A DNA stretch of 63,700 nt, filler included, from Choristocarpus tenellus KU-1152 (GCA_964200185.2; 13 parts of 13 records of this genome joined end to end with filler, not necessarily neighbours in it); one strand, 5' to 3'. Shown: positions 11,550 through 26,805, counted from the first letter of the whole stretch. Made by a program: numbers and translations. The notes: a model not told the origin generated them from the letters alone.

Positions 11550-13974
11550 NNNNNNNNNNNNNNNNNNNNNNNNNNNNNNNNNNNNNNNNNNNNTTAATTA
11601 ATTAANNNNNNNNNNNNNNNNNNNNNNNNNNNNNNNNNNNNNNNNNNNNGTTCATAGGGGGGACACTGGAGTGGAGGAGCAAGTAGAAGACTGGTACACC
11701 TGGAACAAGGTAGAGCCAGGGTAAGGGTAGTGAGGGTTGTGTCACGTCAGGGTTTACAGGTCAATGTAAGATTATGTGGACTTGGGTGTTCGGGTTAACT
11801 AGTTGCGAGTGGACGACCAAACAAGATTTAGCGGGCGGCAGTGTATGGTTCCTTGGTATGTTGGTGCTATGCTACCACAGGAGTGGTAGCATGGAACCAC
11901 TGGAGGTATGTCTTTCTGTTGCCTGCTTTTATCAGTGTACCCAATTATTCCAATGACTCTTCCTATATACCTCTTTTTTGTCCTAATGGATGTAATGGTG
12001 CTGTTGTTTGCCCGCTGTGTTGTCTCACTTTTTTTATCTACCTTGCTCCTTGTGGCACTCGTTGTAACTGTCATTAATTATAACTACCATTGTCATTGGA
12101 AGCATTAGACTTGTATATTTATGTGGAGTGTTACGACAATGGATGATACAAATATACCATTCACAGTATTGGAGAGGGTAGACTTCTTTTTTTCATGTAC
12201 TAACTCTTTCATGGCAGCAAATGCTGTTGTTGGATATTTTCCGGCAGACTGACCAACTCCCTCCAGACTTCCAAGTTTGGTTGTAACTATGACCTCAACT
12301 GCTCCCGTCATGTGATTGAATACACAAGAAATTTATAGGTTGAACTCTCGTCTACATTCCCTACTGCAAGGTAAATGGGTAGGAATAAATGAGTTTCTGA
12401 GCAAAAATTATGAATGATGAGCACTCCTAGCGGGGTTGTTAGTGTGCAGGTGATCAAACATGTGTATTCAGTTACCCTAGCCAATAAAGCACTTCACTTT
12501 TTTAATTTCCCTGTCATGATGGGGGATAGGAAAGAGTGAAAGTGAAGATGAAGTAGTTTACCCCTGTCTCCACTTCAATGTTGAAGATTATCATTTGAGG
12601 GTCTTGAACAAACAAAAGGTTGCTAGTGTGGACAATGATAACGTTTCAGTGCTTTCACTTTGTTGTGGCTCTTATTGTTACTGGCGTTGTAAATCTCGCT
12701 ACAACTATACCATTGTGACTATCTTTGTAACTGCTATTGCAGTTGATACAGTGGCTTTGTCCGTAACAGTCCTTCCATCTCCCAGTGCTGTTTATACCCT
12801 CTTTGTACCCTGACCTACAATGTCTTGTGTGACTCTCAGGTCATACACACTACCATTCTACTCCGTGAGCACCTGGAAGACAATGACTACAGCAAGAGCA
12901 CCAAGAACAGGCTATCGCAGGTGATACATGCAACAGAGTAGAATACACTATGCCTTCCACCTGTCTTGCAGCTTCTTCCATCTGTACTGCTTGCAAGTGT
13001 TGAGGACATTTGACACATCCAGGTGGTCTTTTCTTGGGACTCTTGTGAACGTGCATGTGAATTTCCGCTGTTTGTTGTACCTTGATCAGTAACCAAATAT
13101 AGTACCTTTTTATGTCATTCCCACCACAGACCACTACTACATTATGTGTTAATGAGCTGCTGCCGTTATTATCTTCACTCACTGACCTTTGCAAGCCTTG
13201 GAGGGTTGATCTCCGAGCAGAGGTCACTCTGCACAGTACAGTACAATACTTCATTAGTATCCAGTACTCCAGAGTAGGCTCTAGAGCTTTGTTGCTGTTA
13301 CTTTTAAAGTATATATATTATATATGAAATGGCATGGTCTCCTTGTTTACGGTAAAGAACGAAATGCAGGCACACAAAACAAAAAATGAGGGTGTAATAA
13401 CTCGCATGAAGAACTCCCACTTACTCTGCTGTACTTGCATCCTATATTTGAACAGTATGTGCTGTATCTCCTTCTGGCTAGAACTCAACGCAGGCAGTGT
13501 ACCTTTCTTTGACACTCTCTCGATCCACTCCTCTTGACAACAGCCTGCTGCTAAGCTGCTGGAGGAGCGTGTGGGTTTCTTATTGCATGGAAGGGAGCAA
13601 CTAGAGACGACCCAGATGCAAGCTCAGGGAGGACAGCAGCTACCCCAGGGTCAAGAGGAGCAGGGGACAAGTCGAAGGCAACATAGACAGTGGTCAGGGT
13701 GTCAACACGACCATAACCTTGGGGGTGGTCCTGAAACATCACTGCCTTCAACACCTTGTGTGAACTGGCAAATGGAGGCGTGCTCAGTCGGTTTAGGAGA
13801 TTCTGCCTGCTTGGATGTTGTAGGGACTCTGCAGGAGTCTGCTCCTCCTTGTTTTCCAGTGGAGAGGAAGTTCTGGGAAGTTCTTTTCTCAGAAGAGCGG
13901 GGTCACTCGAGGTGAGGAGGAGTCACAGGGAGGGATGATAGCGTTGAGAAGGATCAGTGCTGCGGTCTCTCCAT

Positions 13975-14067
13975 GTAATGACGATTCGATTGGCTGATTG
14001 CGTGTGTAATGGCGATTTGATTGGTTGATTGTGTGTGTAATAGCGATTTGATTGGTCGATTGCGTGT
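13975..14067. repeat. Tandem repeat, 3 x 31 bp
   Basis: Unit GTAATRRCGATTYGATTGGYYGATTGYGTGT at 13975, 14006 and 14037. Confidence 0.9.
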
Positions 14068-16616
14068 ACTTTTGTTCGTTGAGTGTGTGTTAAGGGAGGC
14101 GTGTGTGTGGAGCATGTCAAGTAACTTGTCCAGCTCTTACAGGGCTCATCTCAGGGAGTAAGGCCTTGTGGTATCAGGTTGTACTTTGTGAGCATAGAGT
14201 GATGAGCACGGTGCTTATCACTGACGACTTGAACGCTGTCTAAGGGTTAGGGTTAGACTGCCTAAGAATGTTAGACAGGAAAGGCCCTGGCCTTTTATCA
14301 TTCGAACATCTGGGGAGTAGCCTTCTTGTGGAACTCTGGAAGTGGTATGTTGTGATAAGCGATTTTGAATGTATTGATGAATAGAAACACTGCCAACAAC
14401 AAACTAAATCCATAACCAGACTGTGCATGTGTGTGTGTGTGTGTGTGTTATGTGTACTATGTGTACGTGTTGTGTATGTATGCGTGTGTGTGGAGACCTC
14501 TCTGCCATGAAAAAGATAATATCAAACAGTTCGATATGTCTGTACATGATAGTAGAACGAGAGCAGTTACTAGTAGCTCGATAACTTTATTTCCGTCATG
14601 TTCTCAGAGTATACAGTGACCGATAGAATCATTGATAAGCCTAGGGTTAGGGTTAGGGTTAGGGCTTTTTCAGTGTCTAAGAATGCTTGCCTTTCAAATA
14701 TATTTATTTTATTTCAAAGCATACAGGTGTGCAAGTAGCTGCAGCTGAGGATTGAGACAGCCTCCTTCCACGTTATGGTCAGGGTGCATGTAACTAATCC
14801 GTTTTCTTGAAATGGCCTTGCAAGAGACTTGCCGCGGTGGGGCTTGAGCGTAAGGGAATTGATATTTTTGTCACAAGAGTTGGTTTTTGAAATTTCCGAG
14901 TTGATTGCGCTTAAGCAACTTTAGAATTTGACTGCTCGTGTCTACAGACAACAGCAAGCCGATAGTCTCAGGCGGTATCCCTCTTGATTTTTTTTATTAT
15001 ATTTTTAATATATTTTTTTTGCAAGAGGCATACAGGTCATTAGTAGTGGAGAGTGTTGACCATGTCTTCAATATATGGGAGTAGGAATTATCCTTAGGAT
15101 AGCAGTCTCGTGTGCTAGAGTAGGGTTAGGGCTGGGGTATATCACAAATTTTATTGCAATTGATCAAAAGTAAACCAATAACGTGTTACTACAATAGTAG
15201 TGTAAGGGTACACTGTCCTGTTAGTATTGAGTATAGTGTTTGTTTTTAGAATCACCCCAGTAGAACAATACAATACATTTCAAAATATGTTTGTAGCTAG
15301 AGCAGACACATAGTGGGTGCCAGAATCGGAATTCCACCATACCAGCACATGTGGTGGTTGGTTCATCACAGTACACGCTGTACTCACCATGTCCTCTCAG
15401 ACTGTCCAGGCCTGGGTGAGGGGTTACGTCTAGGCTGTGAGGTTGAGCCAAGCGGAAAGCGTTTTCACAACCTGAACAAGTCTTTGCATTGATTGAAAAA
15501 TATATATTTTTTGAATTGATTATCGAAGTTTACAATAAGTGAGGGGGGAACGGAGCTCAACTGCCCTTACCACTCAGAGTGCGTGTGCGAACTCTCCTCA
15601 CTTGCTCTTGTCTTTTGAGGACAAGCGTGCGTATGAAAGGTTGTGTGCAACACAAAGCAAAGCGTCAAGCTAAGCTAAACGAAACGACCCTGGTCACCAT
15701 ACTCCACGCCCGTCTCGTTAGGTTTTTGTCGGATGATCCAAAGTACATGTCTGTGGCATAGAGTTAAGATTGTTTGGCACATCATCAGCCAGAAAAGGCA
15801 ATCGGCAGAATATGAGTAAGGAACACTTTTTTCCTTTTTTTTGTATTATGGTGTGGTTGTGAAGGAAACGGTTGACCATACCATGGGCACACATTCAACC
15901 ATCCCACGGACCTATTTTTTATTGTTTGCAGAGGAAGAATCGCACTCATTGGTCAGTGGTCCGTAAGAATCGTAACTGTATTTTTTCTGATGGATGCAGT
16001 AACAGGTGCCGTACCAGCGCATTTTAAATGGGGTTTCAGTATAATTGGCGGTGTGATACGGGTTTTGGAAGGGAACCGTTGATGGTGCTTGGTAGGTGTG
16101 GAACCACTTGCACTTCTTGCAGAACGTTGGTGTACTGTGGTGCCAATCCACTGATATGACAATTTCATTAGTCAGCAGAAGGTAGGAAAAGTAGAGGTCT
16201 TTTTTCAACGCAAAAAGGGACTCTACTCTACTTGAGACACTGTTCCGTACATTGATTTTGACGGGTTCTTTCGGAGTGTTTTGCCACAACAAATAGTACT
16301 ACACACTGCTTCCAGAAGTCCTTCCAATTATGATAGATATATATTCAACGATGTTTAGCACCAATAGACCCAAAGTATCTGGGGGGGGGGGGGGGGGGGG
16401 GGGAACCAGCGGGACTCCTTTTAAAAAAAAAGAAGGAGGGGGGGGGGGGGGGGGGAGGGGCGGGAGATAGGGGNNNNNNNNNNNNNNNNNNNNNNNNNNN
16501 NNNNNNNNNNNNNNNNNTTAATTAATTAANNNNNNNNNNNNNNNNNNNNNNNNNNNNNNNNNNNNNNNNNNNNGAGCATTTAGGAAGAGGGACTTTCACC
16601 TATCTTACTTGCTTCC

Positions 16617-16790
16617 GACCCAAAGTATCTGGGAGGGGGGGGGGTCTACAACAGGGTGTCCATTTGGACTAAAATCAGGAAAAGTGCATTTACAGTAACT
16701 ATCCGACGTATGCAACCAAACAACTCAAAAATCGCGACATACAAAAATTGACCCCAAATGGACAGCCGCCACCCCCTCCCAGATAATTTG
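16617..16790. mobile_element. MITE family A (further single ends at 16367, 21294, 27105, 32263-32296, 59581 and an A2-type end at 63680)
   Basis: GACCCAAAGTATCT...GGACAGCCGCCACCCCCTCCCAGATAATTTG. Confidence 0.85.
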
Positions 16791-19700
16791 TTGGGACCAA
16801 CAACATTGGTTGATATAATAATGCCTTTGGAGTATATTTAAGGGACTTCTTCTGCCTACCACGGAACAAAACCCTCTCTCTGTTCAAGTACCATGCACTG
16901 CAGAGTCCCTGTTTGTCAAGGTTCATTAATCTTGCAGTCAGTCCTGGAAGGAAGGACAGGCCATAGATTTTTGCAAGGAAATAGTTGGGTTTCTTGGAGG
17001 AGGAAATCAATCCGGGTCTCACTCGCCTATGCTATATTGCACCTTGGGTTACTGTCGTAGGAAAAAAGAACAGCAACACTAAGAGTAATATTTATTCTCC
17101 AGGATCCATCACATAATAGTAGTGGCAAAATATTTTCCACAACATCAACTCTATACAAGTTAGGATTAGGGTTAAGGGACAATAACAAACCTGAGAGAAC
17201 ACAACAAAAATATACATATATGAGCAGACAATCACGATGCCTGCTGCTGGGAGGTGGTTATCGTGTAATAAAACAATGAAGGCAAGGGACCTTGTTCGTG
17301 GTAGTTCACACAAGCGGATCAGGCAAGTTTCCATTAGTAAGTTTTCCTGTCCATATTGTTCTAGAGCGGGGGTTAGTTAGACAAAGTGGTCTATTCGGAG
17401 ATTTATAGGGTGTTGTAAGTTACCCCAGTTTGACGCCTGTTTTGCTGCTGATTTTGTGTCGGATTCTGTCTTGGCAGGGGGATAATTGGAGGTATGTTCC
17501 AATGAAGAATTTTGCCCTTTCATCTGATGCCTTCACTAATAAGACATGAAATCACCACAAGGTTGCACAGGCCCTGAATGGACGCACAATACCCCCTCTA
17601 GGAAAATATGGGCCTCCAGTAATCATAAGCCCTTTGAAAGCTTCTGCACATTGAGATACAGGGAAATGGAAGGATGCTACTTCTTGTGTGCTGTGCCTGT
17701 GCGATCTATCACTCGTTTGCCAGAAAAGATTGAGATTCCTCGAGGCCCACAGTCACGCAAAATGGTAGGGGCACACACTGGACCGTAAGAATGTGACAGG
17801 ACTGAATCAGGTGGAATAATTTTGAATGGGACCAGTCCAGGCCTATTGGAGAATATAACTGGACCGGTACAGAATAAAGATATGATTGACAGGGTTGGAC
17901 CAGGAGCGTCAAAGAGTAAAACTAGACCAGGCCTTGACCTAGCCCTGTTTAGAACGAATTATAAAGTACATTCTATGTGAGTAGGACTCGGAAGGACTCA
18001 AGCACTATGAACTTGATATTAGTACATATGTACCTGAAAAATAATAGGTTAGAATAATTCAATACTTCAAACTATACAGCAACAATAATAAATATTCAAC
18101 AGTAGTACGGTTTTGAACTGTGAAGGTGAAGCAGTCTCACTCCTGAATCTGTTTCACCTTCAACTGGATTCTTTATTTGTCACACTTCAAATTTTGAAGG
18201 GTTAGTACCATTCAGAACACTCTTAAGTGAGTAGGCACAACAATTTGTCTCAGAAGCTATTTTACTAGGTACTCGAAACACTATTACCTTAACAAGTATG
18301 GCAGAGAGTGTACATGTGCTAAGAAAAAGTTGCTCCTCCCTTTTAGCCTAACATGTTCATTTGAATTTCTTGTTAATGCAATTAATATTGAAACGAGAAA
18401 CAGAATCTTACGGGAAAACAAAAGAAGAAAATCTCCACACAAGTTTCTCTTTTTGATTCTATTTCCTTCTTCTTTCCCTCCTATGATATGTTCCATATTC
18501 AAGTAGTGGAGGGATGGAGGATTTTTTGTAGATGTAGATGTTAATGTATCGTGGCAAGATGTGTTCGCTTATCTGATGGTATTAACTATTGTATAGAAGG
18601 CCTCTCTGTTTTGTTGTGCTTGGCGGATTGCTGGCATTGAAATGTCCTACAGGGACTACTCTTCATGAGGAATCTGTTGATAACCACTGCCCACTCTGAC
18701 TTATCCTGTGGGAAGATATCATCTTAGCACATACACACATTTTCACTTTTGATCTGAACAGTGCTAAAGAAATATTGCAATCACGTTTGAATTTCAAACA
18801 TAGGAAAATAGGAATTGTTGGAAGATAGACCGTGGAGGAGGGGAGAGTGGTCAATAATAGCAAAAAAAAATGCTTAGAAGTAATGCAGTATAGAATATTA
18901 CTAAAAAGCTCCCCGAAATGTTTACCAAAGTAGTTGCTCAAAACCACAATGCTTACATTTCAGTCTACTTCCCACTCTCACTGTATACACACACAGTATT
19001 TGTGACAATGGCTAGGCTATTCAGGATGACTGTATCTGAGCTGACTCAAGAAGCACAAGAGGTGCTTGTACTGAGAAGATCTGCTGTGAAATGTAGAACG
19101 TGTGTTTCAATGTATGCACACCTTGCTGTTGATCCATCTTATTCTCAAGTTGTTCTCTCCTAAGATATAAAATAGTATAGAAATTCTTGCCAAGAACAAC
19201 AGCTCAAGTGAATACGAACGAATACATGCACTAACTAATTGCACCTCCAGTGGAATGAAAAAAATATAGCATTGACCCAATAGGATGCATATCGCCTGAA
19301 GCATTCCCTGCTCCATTTGACTTCAAACAACACTATTCAATCTCGATCTCACATGTATGCCATGGAACTAATTCAGTATGAAGTAGATATGAAAGTGTGT
19401 AGGATACACTGCATACCTTTTCTAGCATTATTTTTAAATGCTCTCAGCTTTTCTCTTCTCTTTTCCACGGTGTGTGTCACAGTGCTTGGGTTGGGCATCT
19501 TACATTTGCATACACACACATCTAAACACATTGCTTATACCAAACACTCTGGAGAGAGCACTAGAGCTCTATGGCATTCATAACACAATATCCACAGAAA
19601 CCGGACAATCATTCATGGGTCTTATGAGGACGGTATGCGCAAGCTTCAAGGGATTGCTTCTACTAAGAGAAGAACCCAAGCAACAAACTCTCTGACCCCA

Positions 19701-20099
19701 CTTCTGGTATCAAATCAAGCAATCTACATGTCTCCTGGCTAGGTAAACCGTCACATCCACACTGGATGTATGCAGAGTTGTAGATGAAAGTCGATGAGAG
19801 CAAAGACTATGGTGACTGCAATTTGCAGAGCAATCGAACTCCAATAGTCCCTTTCTTCTCCCCTAAAAAAAGAGACTCAAAAGAATATCGATATTAGAGA
19901 AGTTTGGCTCCTACCACGTACTCTTACCATGAACAACTCTTGAATAATAGTAGTAGTATTATATTCTCAATGCACTAAGTATGCCTCAAGCTGAGCTGTA
20001 TTCAATACATACATAACCCCTTTTATCCCTCCCCATCCCCAATCTGAGGTCTCTTGGGAAGTTTTCTGAGTGAGACCAGAGTGAACCTGAATACACTTG

Positions 20100-20850
20100 T
20101 GTAGGGAGGAACAAGCTTAGTAGGTATAATACCTTTTCTATGTTCTTTGCACAGTTGCCTTCATCCGTTTCTTGTGGGACTTTACGCCACTTTTCATGTC
20201 CCTGTGACAGCGTAACCACCTTGGTCTACATCTTCTCGTCCTTCCTTGCCTTCCCCCTCACCCGTCTTGTTGTGCTTGGGGGATCTCTTGGAAGAACCCT
20301 TCGGTGATCTCTTGAAAATGCCTCCACCTTTGCCAGGAGATTGGGAGTTCTTCTCCAACCATGTCCTCAGCTCGTGGCGAGCGTAAGGCTCATCATCACC
20401 AAACATCTCTTCATCCGCAATGAAGCATTGCAGGATGGTTAAAGTGGACTGCGCATTATGTAGGGGAAAATTTCATGAGCAGAGAGGAAGTTGCGGGGAT
20501 TGTGGGATACTGAAGGCAAGGTTAGTTTCGAGAATATGTGGCGGGTCAACAGACTTGGGAAAGGGGTGACAGATCTTGGTTTCGAGCTGAATCATCGAAT
20601 GCAGGTTCCAAGAACATTTTGTTATGAGGGTTTGAGCGTGTGAGTAGTGGGTTGTGGGATTTGGGGTGGGGATGCGGTAGGTGATAAATAACAGGTTAGA
20701 GCCTTGCTTCACATTAGCTTCAAACCATAGAACACCAACAAACACTTCCAGCTTCTTGAATTGTTGAAGTCTACAAATACCAGCAACCAATGCTACCTCC
20801 ATTTGAATTTCCCAGTCCTTCTCTACTGACAAAGGCATGTTCAACCTCAA
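20100..20850 (-). pseudogene. Degenerate coding remnant, possibly retrotransposon gag
   Basis: Interrupted ORFs 20473-20850 and 20194-20406 with a basic low-complexity tail; no diagnostic motif. Confidence 0.25.
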
Positions 20851-23800
20851 AATTTATGCTTCATAGGTAACTACACCTGCTTCCATTATCTCTATGTTTC
20901 CTGTTTCTACGCAAATACGTCCCACCATGTAGTGGCACCAAAATTCTACAAGAAAAGAAAGGTCATCTACGTTAGTTTGGTGCAGAAGGCTTGTCGAAAT
21001 CCTATTTTGTTCACCCCTATTTCCTTCCCCCCATATTTTCCCACATTCAAGTCCTATGGTCTGCTCTCCAACACAGCCCCACCCACCTAGGTTTCACATG
21101 TATATTGAAACCCCTCAGTATACCTAGAGCAAAAATATCTACAAAGTTGCCAGCGCCAGAGAAGCATCCCAATGTAGTGTGTCATTACCTTCAAAATTAA
21201 TCTGTGTCTAATTTGATCAAATTGGTCGTACACTGGATTGTACATAACACCAGTTTGTCCACTCCAAATTGAGTTAGGTTTGAGGGTAGGACTGACCCAA
21301 AGTATCTGGGGNNNNNNNNNNNNNNNNNNNNNNNNNNNNNNNNNNNNNNNNNNNNTTAATTAATTAANNNNNNNNNNNNNNNNNNNNNNNNNNNNNNNNN
21401 NNNNNNNNNNNAAGTGAGGGAAAAGGGAATTTGGGTGGGGGGGGGGGAAGGAATATGGGAAAAAAAGGGGGGGGGGGGGGGGGGGGGAGGGGAGAGGAGA
21501 AGGGAATGGGGTGGGAGAGGGCAGGCATGGTGCCCCTTGACCACCCTTAGTTGCTGCTGCCTGGCCTGAGGTGGTATGCGTGTACGTACAGGCGCTCTCT
21601 TGCTAGGTTGAATTTGTTGGATTGTTGGCAGGGCAGTTGGTTGGGAGCTGGGTTGCAACTGTAGCTGCAAGCAGCTGGTTGCGACACAGATTCCATAGGA
21701 AAAGGTTGGTGTGGAGTTGTCCCCGAGGTCATTGGTATGGCGATATGTTATCTCGTCGGTTTTTGATCCTGTGCGCACCGAGTGTGGTATGTATGCTTAG
21801 CAAACCCTGCTGTGATATTTCAACTGAAGAAGGCACACTCTTTTTTTCATTTGGTCCTCTTTGATGTCTGTGGGTTTTCCTTCCGCTGCCCTTCATGGTG
21901 GACTGCTGCAATGGGACAATGTAGAGGAGTAGGGGCGGTGATCTTGACTCCTACGAGGTATATCGCATGTGGCAGTTACACATTGTGATGTTTTTGCTTG
22001 GTGGATGTGATTATCAGAAGGGTTTGTTTAGTATTTTTTTTCAGGTGAGCAGAAGAGAAATGTCTGGTAATTGTGTTGGGAGATTCAACACTGGGAAGAT
22101 CAAAACATACCTCAAACGTAGTTTGAGGGGCGTGCAAAATATTCGTACTGTGGGGATGCTGTTGCATTAATGCCATGCGTACGGTGCAAGGGCATGATGC
22201 GAATTTTTGCACCCCCATGTGTTATCGAAGTGCCCCCCTCTTGATATCGACCAGTTCTTTGCCTCCAACATGACCACCTTTTGTATTTCTGTGTTTGTCA
22301 TTGGTTCTTGCTACCCTGAACTGCCCCTGACATAGCTACATAGCTACATAGCTACATAGCTACACCTACACTGCTGCTGTCCCGCAAGTTCCTATATCTG
22401 TACCTCAAAGCCCTTTGTGTGTAGGTGGTGTAAATAGGGAAACATAAGGTCTAATCAATGTTCACTATCCCAAGTGTGTTCTGGGTGAAACAAATACGTA
22501 AGATAGGAAGAGAAAAGTCTGGTGTATCTTGGGACACATCTTTTTGTGGTGATCACAACACAACAACACATGGCTGACACAACTCCTTACTGTTCGTTGG
22601 TACCAACACTACTTGAATACTTACCCCCGATTTGTACCTTGAAACGTACAATATATACCCACGAAGTAAAATGTCACTACACTGTTCGTCCCCTAACCAG
22701 TCATATTTTTTTTCGTTTCTTTATTGTGTTTGAATATGTAGTACGGTTTATGGAACAGACAGAACATAGGCCCTCTTTCCAAAGAAATTCAAAAATGCAT
22801 TACAGAAAATAATTTTGAGCATTTTATTTGTTTTTACAGTGAAGAATCTCTAGATATTCTGGTTTGCACACTGAATTATATCCTGAACTTGTGATGTAAC
22901 ATGTACAGTGACCAAATTATCAGTGCAATAAAGCTTTCGGCTAAACTGAACATGATGTTGATCCGACTTCTTGTTTCGACCGTGAGCAGGCTTCCATTAC
23001 AGCGTGATTTTAGAAACCTTGTTGACAGAACCTAGGATTTTTTTTTCAGGTCAATGCTCCCAAAAAAACCTTGTCAAGACAGATGCCACTATTTTTGAAG
23101 GAAATGGTCTAAACTTCAATAAACAGGATAAATGCATGTGGTATATTAATACTCTATTGAAAAATTATATTATACAGAAACCGTTTGAATCTGTGCTCTG
23201 CAGTATACCTTCAAGGTGTTAAGGAAAATTTCATGACTCGTCTACTGTAGGACTAGACTACTACTGTCGGTAAAAAATAAATGAAAGTGGACAGTCCGAA
23301 TAGATAATGCAAACTTCACCCTCAACTCTTCCATGCTGAGAGCTGACTATGTGACATCTTCTTTCTACAACTTGCATACGGTTCAATTTTTCTCCTCTGA
23401 CAGAGGTTGTGGTGAACAGATTGTAGACTGAAAGTTACTACCCACCCCATTTCCACGAGGAATCCAACGTTCACTATCCTCCAAGATTGATCATTCCTGT
23501 TGTATAAGGAGATCAGTTGTTAAAGTGTATATTAATAACATACCCTCAGATCTATAACCTGGGCGTATTTTCAGTTTACCCTTACTACTTTTTCTGTACA
23601 TTTCTCTAGAATATTCAAATAGTGATCAGCGGAGAAAAACGGCAAATAATATTTCCCACTGTTAACATCACTGGAAGGTCATTTTGTTGGTTTTCAGTAT
23701 GTGGCAATATTCTAGCGTTGTCGATCTCCTATTCAGGACAGTTCTGGAAAGATATAAATAGATTTGAGGTGTCTTTTTTTCCCAATTTCTCAGTAAAATT

Positions 23801-26387
23801 CCCTTTCTGGTGGAGAAGATGGGGCTCAAAGCTTTTTTTGCTCTGAATGACACCTCTGAGCCGCCAAGGTCCCGTTCTGTACCAAATTACAGCCAGACCA
23901 GTTGGTGCTCTTGAGCATGGGGGTGAACTTTATGTTGTGGTCCATGCAGAATAATAAAAATAATTGTTTCGATCACATAGGACTGAATTCTTGGAGATGA
24001 GTGATGTTGTGCGCATCAATGTTGAAAGCAGGATTGTCTGTTACCATACCCGTCATACCGTTTGAGGTTCCTAGTCAGGAATCCTGAATTCCAGAAAATG
24101 ATCTTTAGTGAGACTGAGTCCACGGAATCTCTTCGAACGACCAGTCCCACAGGTGGTGAGTTTAGTCCTCTTCATTCAGAGATACCAAGAATCAAGGATT
24201 CCCCTTGATGTCACGTCTTGTCGTTCTGATGGTCGACACTCTCATGAGATCCTCCCCACTTTGCATACTTCCACTACTTGTTCAACCTTTGCCTTGTCCT
24301 TTCGGTTACGGTTCGTCTCGGTGCATCTGTTCCGTCTTGCTTGGTTTTTCTCTTCATCATCCTTGCCTGAGTTAACCACATCACCACAGAATAACACGAT
24401 TCACATCAACCAACATACATAATGTATGTACGGTTGGCGTCTCAGTCAGGTTAATGCCGATAAAAATTAAGTAATTTTAGGACAATCAAACCTCAAAATG
24501 TCTCATTTCTCATCAAATTTCAAGACCAGATTATTTGGAATCCTCTTGTCAAGGCTGGCATCATGGTCCTTGTTTCGCCTCCCAACCCCAAAACTTGTGA
24601 ATTCTAACCCCAAACTCCTTCGTGACAACAAATATGTTGCTATGCATTGTGTAATGAGGTTAAGATATACATTTCGCAAGAACCAGCTGAATGTCTTCCT
24701 GCTTGTTGCATGTGTGTGGAAGTTGGAACTAGTATTCAACATCTGCTTTCGTGAAAAATGTGAGCAAACCGATGAGCCAGTTACCACACACTGTTCCCTT
24801 TTTAGAAACGTAACTCTGACCAACATGCGATATGTAGGGTCAGGGTTATCTATTACTATACACCAGTCGGAAATATAGTCGCAGGTAGGATTGACGAAAA
24901 GAGTAAGGGTTTGGACAAATACTTCATAATATTATGCACATTCAAGGGGTTCTTGTGGTATCACAGATAGGACGTAGATAGAACTTTGGAGTATAATTTT
25001 AGGTCAAGTGATCAATAATATGCAACTCTCTCGGTGAACGGAAAGATGCCAAGGTTCCCGTCAGAATTGTTGGTGCTGGTGATATCAAACCTCGGGCGAG
25101 CGACAGGTTCACAAAGAGCACCAAACTTCGATATGTGCCCTTGTGCCGCACCTTGCTGGCACGAGGCTCATTGTCCTTGCAGATGAAAAAACCCTTCTCA
25201 TCCACATTCACAGAGTTTCGAAAGAATAGTGGAAGCTCTTCGAGCCTCAAGGTTCCTTGGCAACCCACATTGTGCACCTCAGCATTTGCAATCATTAGTA
25301 AACACCTGCTTAAGGTAGACAGATAGAGCACACCCTAAAACCAAGTTTCTTCATATTTTCATGGAGAGAGGACCTTGGGACACCCAGCTCAGTTTCCAGG
25401 GCATACTGCATCGTGGGATTTTGTCAGGACTTTCACTGGGTCGGGCAGTTAGCATCTCCTTAGTCATTTTGAAATGGTTGATGTCCATATCCAAGGTCAT
25501 TTTCGAACATGGTTGTACATATCTGGCAGGCAGTCCAAGTTATTTTGAGTGGTGGTGGCCATGGACTGGACCACGTTAGAATAGTCTATCTAATCCGTGC
25601 CACGTAATATTTCTTCACACTCAGGCTGGGCACTTCTTGGTCATGTCTCCCTGTTTACCATTTGCTCTATTTGTGTCTTGAATTGAATCCTATACTACTA
25701 ATATAAGTACAAAGACTATATATTCATATTTCTATGTTATACTCTATTTTACAATTTTGGAGACCATTGTGATGGACAGGCCCTGTTGTTGGGAGTTGAT
25801 CTCAGTCCAATCCACATCCGCGCGCGCGCACACACAATTGCATTTTGCGCAGAATGGGTAGTCTGGTTTGTAGTTGTCACCGTCTGGGTTGAAAAAAGAA
25901 CGATGGGTCGGTGCTGTGACGCTTCCGATTTAGCACTACACCGAGCAAACTCACAAAAAAAGGTTTGGGGAATCGGCGCGAACGCGTTTCTTCTCGGCTT
26001 TCCCCAGCATAGGTGTTGGTTCGCGATTTGAAGGGGGTGGGGTGGTTCGTTTTTTATTCCGCAGCATCTTGATTTCTCCCTGCTGTTCCTGAGCTAATTT
26101 CTGTACGGGCTCAAATGAGATGACGCAGCAATTTGTTGCAGCCCTTACTGCCTCTTTGTCAGCACAGGACTCGGAGGAGGAATCTACTCCCCAAGATCAT
26201 GCTACCTCTTGGCATACATCTGCAATTCAACATTATTACTCTAAACACCATTGTACTATGGAGGTTTCATTTACTGATGCCAAAATCTTCAAAAGCTCCC
26301 TATGACCAAGGTGTATCGACGCCAAAGTCCTTACAATCCTCTCCACCACCCTCTGCCACAACAGGCGAAGAACCATCACCCTCTTCA

Positions 26388-26805
26388 GACTCAAAGTATC
26401 TGGGAGGGGGTGGCGGCTGTCCATTTGGGGCCATTTTTTTTATCTTGGGGATTTTTTTATCTTGGGGATTTTTTTGGTGATTTGGTTGCACACATTGGAT
26501 GGATAATGTAAGTGTACTTTTCCAGGTTATGACCGAAATGGACACCTTGGTGCAGACCCCCTCCCCCCCCAGATACTTTGGGTCTTGGGGCCAAAATCCA
26601 ATGTTGCGATTTTGATGAAATTTTGGCTATTGCTTTTGTTGGAAGTGTCAGTATCCATGTTCCCGACACACCTTTTTATAACATACGCACTTTACCTACT
26701 ACTAAACAATTTGTAGTAGGAAAATGTCATAAAAGAACCCAATGAAATCCAAGCCCCAAATGGACAAACAGAGCAAAATTCGTACCCTCTAAGATACTTT
26801 CACTC
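26388..26805. mobile_element. Composite MITE: complete family A (26388-26584) fused to family B lacking its left TIR (26585-26805)
   Basis: The A copy has both TIRs; the B body starts at TTGGGGCCAAAATCC and ends AGATACTTTCACTC; TTCA flanks the whole unit on both sides. Confidence 0.8.

Noticed and set aside
14720-16160. Possible minus-strand exons (for example 15388-15471, 15571-15611)
   Set aside because: Splice-like sites are present but I could not build a stop-free, recognisable product.
23600-25600. Degenerate coding-like tracts (also about 4150-5000, 10200-11050, 54600-55800, 58900-59580)
   Set aside because: Probably old TE remnants, but no diagnostic motif could be read.
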